A stretch of DNA of 63,844 bases, filler included, from Globobulimina sp. (Eukaryota): NCBI GenBank assembly GCA_003354225.1. It is 23 parts of 23 records of this genome, joined end to end, with 100 filler letters (N's around TTAATTAATTAA, not from the genome) between each part and the next. Parts side by side here need not be neighbours in the genome. Positions count along the whole stretch, not along the records: positions 36,155 to 38,834 come from PIVH01005383.1; positions 38,935 to 41,614 come from PIVH01005384.1; positions 41,715 to 44,394 come from PIVH01005385.1; positions 44,495 to 47,173 come from PIVH01005386.1; positions 47,274 to 49,952 come from PIVH01005387.1; 18 more parts are not named here. One strand, given 5' to 3'. Positions 38,033-47,669 of this stretch are shown here, piece by piece. Every line of letters starts with the position of its first letter. Position 1 is the stretch's first letter. The translations under genes and the position numbers were made by a program. The notes beneath the pieces are model-generated. The model had not been told where the DNA came from. It saw only the letters and a list, made by a program, of their open reading frames with translations, and did not search any database.

Positions 38033-38834
38033 TTATTTTCCTTTTTTTGAATCAGGCTCGTTTTCCTGTGATTCATCATTTGATAGTTTCCTTTTGCGGT
38101 CTTGCGAGGATTCACTTTGATTCGAAATCGAATTATTTGCCAATAAGATGTGGCCATCATCATACTGTAAATTATTGACGTCCACCGCTCGGCCAATTTC
38201 ATGTTGGATCAAAACTGCTTGATGATGTTCCGCTGCACTTTGTGAATTCGGCTGCACTTTGTCATTGTCGCAGATATCTGGTGTGGCAGGTATGATGTTA
38301 GCATCTTGTACTAACTCTGATTCTTTCTCTTCCGGATCCCTATATGCGGGAGCTGGCGGCTCATAAGCGCTAACATAGGCATCTAATTTGGGGGCAGAAA
38401 TAAAAATATAATAATCTCCCCACTTGCTCACAGCATACCCCCTAAAATCACCGGTCTTAAAATTATATCGCCATCGTGCTAGCCAGTGAGAGCCCCGGGC
38501 GAACTGTAAAATTTTTGCTGGATGGTAAACGGGCGCATTATGGACAATAAGACTGACGCCGTATTTATTTGCCAAATATCTTAATTTGCCAAAATTCCTC
38601 CATATAAATCCATAGCATTTTGTTTCAAAAACTTTAATGAGATCGGGGGCGATATTATAATAACACGTGGTCTTTTTTATTTGTTGCCACATATATAGGT
38701 CTTGTGGGCTTAATTTCGTTTCATCGATCTGGTGAGTGAACCAAGGATGAAATAAACGGAAAAATTCTGAGATATAAAGTAACATCTGTTCATCTGTTTG
38801 CGGAGTAACAACGGATGCAGATCTACTGATGGCT
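38033..38834 (-). CDS. Hypothetical protein, aromatic-rich, with QSAAEHHQAV motif
   Basis: ORF of at least 250 aa, convergent with the previous gene. NLS-like RKRK...KKGK end. Confidence 0.7.
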
Positions 38835-38934
38835 NNNNNNNNNNNNNNNNNNNNNNNNNNNNNNNNNNNNNNNNNNNNTTAATTAATTAANNNNNNNNNN
38901 NNNNNNNNNNNNNNNNNNNNNNNNNNNNNNNNNN

Positions 38935-39528
38935 GGTATCATTTGGACAAATTGGAGTCAGTCCTACTTTAACTGCTGTCCATTTGTTCTGTGATTCATG
39001 TTTCAAATAATTGCTTTGATGCTGATCTGTCAAATGTTCATTGGAATTGACTTTAGACTCAGATTCTAAATCAAATGTATCTGCAGTATTGTTGGTTACA
39101 TTGGACTTTGTATATCCACCATTTATCAACGCATCACCAGCTACATTATGCAAACAAAATATATGTTGTGTGGAGAATCTGTACATAACATCATATGACA
39201 TATATATCATACATGTGCTGGTTGAATAAGATCCACCGCCTCCAAATAGATTATAACCCACTTTAACAGCAGCATTCATTGCTGAATTTATTCCACCTCC
39301 TGCTGACAGATTGATTTTGTTACTCTGATCATCAAAATTTGTGGATGAATCCTTGTTCAATTGGTGTTTGCCTATATTACTAAATTGCGCATTGGTGCAT
39401 TTATTTGCATTGATCATTGCTGATTCATGTTTGGAATATGATTCTTGGATCTTGGCGGCGTCTAATTTCACGTATATAATCTGATCGCATTGATTTGCGA
39501 AGCGAACCCTTCTTTGTGAGTGTTCCAT
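38935..39528 (-). CDS. Hypothetical protein (3' partial, probable in-frame intron)
   Basis: ATG-initiated ORF with an internal GTATGA...TGTAG segment that looks intronic. Confidence 0.55.
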
Positions 39529-39685
39529 TTTAATTCAAATAAAGCACACTGTAGAGTCTGAATTAATTTGCTGGCTTTAAAGGTCAGTAATAAATTTAAT
39601 TCAATTCCAAAGCAAGTATTAAAAAGTTATGTTTGTTGGATCAACATTGAAAGAAAGGAAAAACACTACAAACATATACAAAGAT

Positions 39686-41614
39686 TTATGATAAATGGAA
39701 TCCTTTGGCTTCTTTAATACATTTTAATAATTTATCTTTTAATATTTTTTTGGTAGTATACATTGGTAACTTTAATGTATTAAAACAAGTCGCAGAAGAT
39801 GGCAATGGGTCTTTTGTTGGTTTTTTACTAAAAATGGATTGAATCGTTGATGAAATTGGATTTGAACTTTGCGTCAAAGTCGAAACTGGCTGTATTTTAA
39901 ACGCAGGCTCCAAATTTCGAAAACCCATCAATGGCGGTCTTCTGTTTGAAGTGGTAAACTGTAATAATTGCTTTTTCTCGTCAGAACTCATTGATTTTAC
40001 AACATTCCAAAAATTCTTAATTATTCTATGTTTGGCATGATATGGACTATCATATTTTGTATATTTCCTCCAGTCATTCACATCAATCTCGTCATCGGTG
40101 CCGGATAACACCGTGATAAACTCACACACACTAAATATTTTAATCAATTTCTTGTTACAAATCGCATAAAACCCTTTAATAAAATAACTAGTTTGCCATT
40201 CGAACTGCTGATCCAATAAATATCGCGTCAACTTATAAATATACTGAATCCGATTTGTATTCGTCACATCAACATTGCGTCCATTATGCACCAAGTCAAT
40301 GATAATATTTTCATCTAATATTCGAATGCCTGTTGAAAAAGTCAATGCCAAATCTGCTATATCGCCTTCATAATGCTTGACAAACATTAAATTTTTATAT
40401 AATTCTGGATCTAAAATAAATAAATCTTCCACTTTGGACACGCGACCAAACAATTTACCAATAAAAAAAGGCGCAAATGGTATATCCACACAAATGCCAC
40501 ATAACATGGCTTTGCCTAATATCCGACCAATAAACTCCATCAAATCACCTTTTTGAACAGTGCACAAAAGTCAAATTAAACGTAACCTGCAACAAAAACA
40601 ATGTATAATACCTGCTTCGCCACCCAACAAACTCTGCGACACTGGATTCGGATAATAAAGTCCATCTTTCTCTGTTCGTTTGAACAAACCGTAATTATCA
40701 CTAAATATTTCCCGTGTCGACAATTCCAAAAACTCTTTAAAAACACCACCCAAATCAATGCCTGCTTCACTCGCTCCAAATTCATCCACAAAAGTCACTT
40801 TTATTGACTTTCTAAACGATGCGCCCAACTGATTGATGGCAGCAAATCCATCCTCAATCACGTGGTTCCTCCGAATCATTAAACGCGTCGCACCTTCATT
40901 TTCATATTGTTTCTTCTCATCGTTTATAACATTGCGCATAAAATTCACTCTCTCCATAAACGGTATGGAATACGGCATTTTATCCAATATATTAAATGCA
41001 AATTTATCCTTTTCAGCATTCATGTCATGTCTCCATAAAACTAGCTCCTTTTCTTCCAATATAAAAGTGTCGTCATTGCAATATTTGTGCTGCGTGTTTC
41101 TATCCAATGACTGATGAATAAATCTACGAATACTATTCACTAAATTTGGGTTCTTTGACAGCGAAGAATCTGTAATGCTTTTATTAGTTTGTGAGCAATG
41201 CTGGAAAAATAATGTTTTTAATAAGTTAATTAATGGCAGCAATTGTTGACACGTAAATGGTTGTTGTTGATTAATAAATTCTTCCCTTTCAATGACAAAT
41301 ACAAAATGATTATAGCACATTAAAAATAAATCTAATAATATGACCACGTACGGATTGAAAAATATCGAATCTTTCCATATCTCTGCATTGGAACCGCTGT
41401 TGGGTAATACACCAATCTCTGACAACAATAATTGCCATAATAAGGACAAACAGGGCGTAGCAAATGATAATGTGCTCAGATATTTACTTTTAACGTCAAC
41501 AATGGAATGGAGGGTTAAAATAATATGATGGATAAATTCAAAACGCGGTTGGATATTTTTGTTGTTTTTTACTGCATTTGATATTGCTTTGTGTATATCA
41601 TTGGGCAGTGTTTG
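39686..41614 (-). CDS. HECT E3 ubiquitin ligase, UBE3B/C-like (5' partial; intron 40549-40611)
   Basis: PYSIPFMERV, EAGIDLGGVFKEF, LLQFTTS.RPPLMGF, catalytic LPSSATCFNTLKLP, and terminal GFHLS. Confidence 0.93.
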
Positions 41615-41781
41615 NNNNNNNNNNNNNNNNNNNNNNNNNNNNNNNNNNNNNNNNNNNNTTAATTAATTAANNNNNNNNNNNNNNNNNNNNNNNNNNNNNN
41701 NNNNNNNNNNNNNNGGACAAGAAATTACAAAAGAAAAGGACAAGAATTAGCAATAAAATATATTTAAACAAATCTCAAGAT

Positions 41782-43134
41782 ATGAATGAAATATTACCAC
41801 ATCAAACGAATATGAAAAATAAAACCGCAAATTCCAGCAAAACTTATGAGAAGAAACGATTAAATTTCTTACAATCAATGCAGTATTTACGAAACAACAA
41901 AAAACGAACATTTATCTATCATACAGACGTTGGAGACATACAAATAGAGCCTTTTTCTGAGAATAAATATCCAAAATATCTGTTAAATGTAAATGTATCA
42001 TTGTCAATTGGAAGAAATAAATATTATCGAAAAAACATAAATGAATTTAATGAAATGCGAGAAAATAATATTGGTCGATTACATTCTAATTATCACGGAT
42101 GGTGTGATTTTGATGAAAGTTTCAAAAATGTTTATTATAAAGATTGGAGGGTTTGGTATTCATGGAATCTGCATTCAAAATCGAAGGAAAAATCATTTAA
42201 TGGTTGGAATTCAAAGTATTATGATTCAGTTTTAGCTGAAAATAATATTAATAATCATAAAATATACAATCAATTTGTAAGAGACCAAATAAAATGTCAT
42301 TATCATGAAATTACAAAACGATGCAAGGAAAACAGGAAACGAAATATAGAGAAACACACCCAAACTGAACAGCGTTTGGATAACATTGCAAATGATATTA
42401 TTCATGAAAATGAGGTTATGATCGCAGCTCAGAGTAAACATCAAATTGATGTTAAAGTTGTATTGTTATTCAGTGAAAGTAAGGAAAACAAAGCAATAAA
42501 TATTGCACAATTTCATAAGAATTGCATCATAAATAATTATTGTTACTTAATGAGGAAATTTAAATTAAATAATATTGATTTAAAAATAATGAATAAATGG
42601 AATAAAATTTATACTAATTTTGATGATAAACATCAAAGTAGTTATGTGCCAATATATTATTGTATTGATGAGGAGGATGGAGATGTATTGCATGATAATA
42701 AATTCTTATTTTATCATAATAATCATATTTTGTATTATATTGGACAAAAATCATTTGAATTATTAATGAAAAATAAAAATAAAAATAATAATAAAATTAA
42801 TATGAATCCAATTTGGAGAAATAACAGAAGGCCTCCCATTGCTGCAAAATATAAATTAAGTGATATATTGATTGGATTTATTGCATCATTTGATGTGATT
42901 AATAATATTTTGCTAAAATATATCGGTTATAATTGTTTTTATTATGTTGTTATTGATGGCAAAATTAATTTGAATGCAATGAATGAACGCAAACATTATT
43001 CCAATCTGAATAATAATCTATTTTTGGATTCTATCACATTGAGAAAAGCACAAATCGAATATGGATGCAAATTTGTTGATAGATTTGGAGTCAATAAAGT
43101 CGTCTCAATGCAAGATTGTAATCTTTTTTTGTAA
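41782..43134 (+). CDS. Hypothetical Asn/Lys-rich protein
   Basis: 450-aa ORF in very AT-rich DNA. No recognised domain. Confidence 0.65.
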   Translation: MNEILPHQTNMKNKTANSSKTYEKKRLNFLQSMQYLRNNKKRTFIYHTDVGDIQIEPFSENKYPKYLLNVNVSLSIGRNKYYRKNINEFNEMRENNIGRLHSNYHGWCDFDESFKNVYYKDWRVWYSWNLHSKSKEKSFNGWNSKYYDSVLAENNINNHKIYNQFVRDQIKCHYHEITKRCKENRKRNIEKHTQTEQRLDNIANDIIHENEVMIAAQSKHQIDVKVVLLFSESKENKAINIAQFHKNCIINNYCYLMRKFKLNNIDLKIMNKWNKIYTNFDDKHQSSYVPIYYCIDEEDGDVLHDNKFLFYHNNHILYYIGQKSFELLMKNKNKNNNKINMNPIWRNNRRPPIAAKYKLSDILIGFIASFDVINNILLKYIGYNCFYYVVIDGKINLNAMNERKHYSNLNNNLFLDSITLRKAQIEYGCKFVDRFGVNKVVSMQDCNLFL

Positions 43135-43156
43135 TGGTTATCTTTTTAAATCACAA

Positions 43157-43200
43157 TTTTCACTAACTTTTCACTAACTTTTCACTAACTTTTCACTAAC
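43157..43200 (+). repeat. Perfect tandem repeat (TTTTCACTAAC)x4
   Basis: Four exact 11-bp units, each containing the branch-point-like CTAAC. Confidence 0.95.
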
Positions 43201-43856
43201 AACAATACTCTCGCAATTTTTGTAAGCAGCAAAAGTCAATTAAAAACAAGAAAGTCAAGATTGATCTCCCAGTCAAAGGAATCAAATCGAATTTGCATTT
43301 ATATATCCCGGTAAAATATATTCGTAAAACAGACCAATTGTACACATTATCAAGTCGTAGAGACAGAGACCAAGTTTATAGATTACATCACCAAGATTTA
43401 GATTTTATTGATACATTTAGAATATATTTGATACCAAATAACCAAATCGTCGCAGAAGATCAAATATATAAAGAAAAACTATATTACATATTATTAGAAA
43501 CTACAGTATATTTCCATTATTTATTATTAACCTTCTACGCGGAATTTCATTTAAATAACTATAACTCAACACAAACTAATTTAATTTTAGACGTCGATTT
43601 TTATTTTAGTAAATTTAGCGGCATTTATACGCCAAGTAAAGACGGTGCGTATAATAAAAAAAGAGCGGAAAAAGTCGTTGAAAATTGTACCCGGCAATTT
43701 ATTACGCCCGTTAAAGTTATTACTAAATTAATTCAATCGTATTTATTTATTACACCGCGCCAAGCAAATACATTAGGAAATATATTTGATAGAATCAACG
43801 AAAAAGTAGCAACCCATTTTAATCGAAGAACAAGATATTTATTAGATCGATTATAA
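43200..43856 (+). CDS. Open frame of about 218 codons with no ATG
   Basis: Open from just after TAA 43197-43199 to TAA 43854-43856, with no Met codon. The stop overlaps the next ATG. Confidence 0.55.
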   Translation, partial: QQYSRNFCKQQKSIKNKKVKIDLPVKGIKSNLHLYIPVKYIRKTDQLYTLSSRRDRDQVYRLHHQDLDFIDTFRIYLIPNNQIVAEDQIYKEKLYYILLETTVYFHYLLLTFYAEFHLNNYNSTQTNLILDVDFYFSKFSGIYTPSKDGAYNKKRAEKVVENCTRQFITPVKVITKLIQSYLFITPRQANTLGNIFDRINEKVATHFNRRTRYLLDRL

Positions 43857-44394
43857 TGATTCCAAAACCAAAGAATTTAAAAGCGCTAAAAACAAACAAT
43901 TCGTATCAAACAAAGAATATTAAATCTGGCGCGATGTCTCGCAACAGAAATAATATTAATTTTACGTCCGAGGGTTCCATCGAACCAAATTTCCATCAAA
44001 CAGAGAAAAAGAACTTAGTATTTTTTATAAAGAATGCATTAAGAATCGATGAGTGGGAATTAGATAAAAAAATGTATAAAATCAATAAAAATGCATCAAA
44101 ATTATTACTATGTCAAATAATTGCAATTAAATCGCGAAGAGCAAATAAGTGCATTAAGAATGTGAATGCAATTAAAGACAATGTATTGCGTGAAATAATA
44201 CCATACAAACCAAAATATAACGAAAAACCGGTGATTTATAGTAATGAAATAATTAAAATGATAAACACCAAAAATATATCATCAAGCAACGATGTAAATG
44301 TATTAAGCGACCAATTTAAATTTACTTTCAATCAAAAAAATAATCGCAATAATTTAGATATACAATTAGATAACACCCAAGAATTAAGGGAAGA
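43856..44394 (+). CDS. Hypothetical basic protein (3' partial), TAATG-coupled to the upstream frame
   Basis: ATG at 43856 shares the last A of the upstream TAA. Open to the contig end. Confidence 0.55.
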
Positions 44395-44495
44395 NNNNNN
44401 NNNNNNNNNNNNNNNNNNNNNNNNNNNNNNNNNNNNNNTTAATTAATTAANNNNNNNNNNNNNNNNNNNNNNNNNNNNNNNNNNNNNNNNNNNNC

Positions 44496-44873
44496 AAATC
44501 GACTGGTGGCAAAGCACCAAGAAAACAGTTAGCAACCAAAGCAGCCAGAAAATCGGCGCCAGCAACCGGAGGAGTTAAGAAAACGCATAGATTCCGTCCA
44601 GGAACCGTTGCTTTGAGAGAGATCCGCAGATATCAGAAATCAACGGAATTATTATTGAGAAAATTGCCATTTCAAAGATTAGTAAGAGAGATTGCTGGTG
44701 ATTTTAAAAATGATTTACGCTTTCAAGCAACTGCTATCATTGCATTACAAGAAGCAACCGAGGCATATATGGTGTCAATGTTTGAAGATACCAATTTGGC
44801 CGCTATTCATGCCAAACGAGTTACTATTATGGGAAAAGATATTGCTTTGGCAAAACGATTAAGAGGAAATTAA
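44496..44873 (+). CDS. H3: Histone H3 (5' partial, from K9)
   Basis: [29 protein letters not shown]...[15 protein letters not shown]...AIHAKRVTI. Intronless in the part seen. Confidence 0.98.
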   Translation, partial: KSTGGKAPRKQLATKAARKSAPATGGVKKTHRFRPGTVALREIRRYQKSTELLLRKLPFQRLVREIAGDFKNDLRFQATAIIALQEATEAYMVSMFEDTNLAAIHAKRVTIMGKDIALAKRLRGN

Positions 44874-44926
44874 ATTATTAATCGCGTCTTATTTATCTTT
44901 GTAAATATTCTTTTTATTTTTTACCA

Positions 44927-44942
44927 GGTGTTTTTCAACACC
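44927..44942 (+). promoter_or_regulatory. Histone mRNA 3' stem-loop
   Basis: CCA-GGTGTT-TTTC-AACACC-ACCAA: 6-bp stem, 4-nt loop and canonical flanks, about 53 nt after the H3 stop. Confidence 0.85.
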
Positions 44943-45819
44943 ACCAATTTAATGTACAACGTTTAAGTTTTCAGATCGCATCTTTCTTGACATGCATTGT
45001 TTTGCAAAATCTTTTTTCATCTAACTGTTGTGGCTGGCAAGGATATGTTGTAGTTGGTTATGACTGGGTGTAATATATATATTATTTGAGATATTAAATA
45101 TATTAAAGAAATGGTGGACCTGTCAAGGGATAATATATTTATTCTTTGATAATATATAAAGTATTTTTTAGAATATATTATCCCTTGACAAATATTATTC
45201 GGAACACCACTGCATGCCATTAGAATAGCTTCTATAAAAAACAAAAAGCAAATATTGATGATCGAGGCAAATTTAGATGTAAACAACTCATTTCATCGCA
45301 TTAGGGAAAACTCCACATAGAAGTGAAAAAGTCCACTAAAAAAAACAAATGCCTACTTAACATGACAAATTCTTTTCTATGTTTCGTTTGCTCGTGAAAA
45401 TATCACTGAATTATAACGGTGCTTTTTCCCTATTTCAATAGTCTCATCATCATCCATTTTATGCACATGTACAAGTGCATAATTCATGTATTCTTCATTC
45501 ATGTTTTTGACTGAAGTTGACTGAAGTTTGACATTTGTTACATTTATTGTATTCTTGAGTTTCAAATCAAGTTTTGACATTATTGATGACAATTACTCAC
45601 ATAGATTAGGAAAATGTCCCCAAAAATATCGTCATATACCAGCAAAATTAAGGAAACATAGGCAGACTATTTCCCGGAAGTGTTTTGACATATTTGCAGT
45701 TCCCGAGCATTCACGAGCATTACCAGGGATTGGTTTGAAGTGATTTTCACCTAACTGTGTAGTAAATTTCCTTGCAAAAAAAGCTTTACTTCAAGTCTAC
45801 AAAAATCAGAAACTACTCA

Positions 45820-46090
45820 TGTCGTCCGCGAAAAAGATTGTCAAAAACAGAATGTCATCATTAGCGGGTTCGAATCCCACAGTTCGGGCGGAGCATACGC
45901 ACAGCCTATGGAGCAGTGAGCTTTGAGCACGAATGGTGGGACTGTCTCTCCGAGATACGGATCCCCTATTTCGGTTTGGCTGTGAGCGAATAGCTACTTG
46001 GCCAAGTTGGAATATCCGTACGGCTATATGAGACCCGAGCGTGGACTGAAGTGAAATGTCGAAGAGTTGCGACATTAGTAACACATGTAA
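45820..46090 (+). ncRNA. Candidate structured Pol III RNA or SINE with a tRNA-like T-arm
   Basis: B-box GGTTCGAATCC at 45867-45877, several stems, GC-rich island. No A-box or full cloverleaf. Confidence 0.4.
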
Positions 46091-46202
46091 ATGATTGCCA
46101 AGGCTATACAAAATATGCCAATAATGGGAGCTGTAAATTCTTGCAATTGGGAGCAATTAAATGATGAAAATTAAAGGAAATGTGATGTAATGAGTGAATT
46201 GA

Positions 46203-46622
46203 ATGTTAAATATGAGATTGAAGAGAAATATATTGACAAATTTCAACAAACCGATGCCTCCTCAAACAAAACAAGAGGAAGCACGGAGAAATGAAGTAGT
46301 TGCAGAATGGTTTGTTTTTGGTGGTGTTCCTTTCAATCAGATGAAACATCCGTTATTTATCCGCGCATTGAGATCATTACGGCCATCATACATACCACCA
46401 ACGCCACAAACAGCATCAACAACATATGTCGATGTTTTATATAAAAAAAGCGACATTAAATTGATTGTAATTGCTGTGTGTAAATTGAGAAAACATCATG
46501 CGCCTGGCACAAAATTAACAGCGAGTAAAATTATACACGATTTTCAATCAGTTCAAGATGATCTAAAACAAAATGAAGGAATAGTTGATAATATAGATAT
46601 GGCGCATATTTACATAAATTAG
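46203..46622 (+). mobile_element. hAT transposase remnant
   Basis: VAEWFVFGGVPFNQMKHPLFIRALRSLRPSYIPPT matches the hAT PF...HP.F......RP.Y.PP motif. No DDE core. Confidence 0.7.
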
Positions 46623-47669
46623 TTGGTAATATATTTGTGGCTGTATTTAACTGACAAGAGGTAGTGTGCGGACCACATGGAATGAATAAGAGATTTATTT
46701 TGTAGCCAACAGAGTTTATCGATGAATGTTTAGTGATTGTACACGAACAGGGATTAGTGATTGTGAGTGTACATTTTGCTGTTATCGGCGAGTGCGCGAT
46801 TGGAAATGTGCTAACAAAGGGGAAACATCAAAACAAATTATACATTAAGAAATTGCATGTTGACTTTTGTGAGTGGAGGAATTTCTATTTTGTTAATATT
46901 TAATATGTGGGTGTTATTCTATTATTTCATTTTTAAATTGGTTTCTATTCTTCTTTTTCCTGACTCCCAAGCTCCCGAGTTCCAGAGTTTTAAAATTTGT
47001 CTGGAAAATGGTGATTTGAGATGAACCAAGTGACTACTATTTTCATCATTGTTTTGCAAAATTGGAATTAGATCAGAATAAGGGTATATCGCTCCAATAA
47101 AATAATACCCAACATACAAAGCGGAACTAACAATATAAATATATACCAAAACATAATACTTGAATTACTTCGANNNNNNNNNNNNNNNNNNNNNNNNNNN
47201 NNNNNNNNNNNNNNNNNTTAATTAATTAANNNNNNNNNNNNNNNNNNNNNNNNNNNNNNNNNNNNNNNNNNNNTATCTGGTATTCCTACAAAAAAAATGC
47301 AGTTTGAAGAATAAAAGCTATTTTAAGAAGATATTTTTAGTATAAAATTTATCTATTTTTATAATTATGAATACATTCATAATCCTAATATCTGACAAAT
47401 AACACAGAGTATAAACACACTCTGTTTACATCAGTACATTCACAAAAGCAAATAAAATACCTAATCCGTGTAACTTTGTGTATTCCATAATTTCAAAAAA
47501 CATACAAAGACATCACGCAAAATGTCGCAACCTATAATGTAGCGCAGTATTATGGCATTAACTTGTTTTATGACATTAACGTGCATTTGAACTGATATAA
47601 ATACTGTTTTCTTATGGGATATATATTTGCGATCAAGTGATGTCAGTGTACAAAATATATATTAATGTG

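Noticed and set aside
45830-45945. Complete tRNA, or HDV-like or hammerhead ribozyme
   Set aside because: No D-arm, A-box or anticodon arm. The HDV P3/L3/P1.1 elements and the exact CUGANGA...GAAA core could not be fitted.
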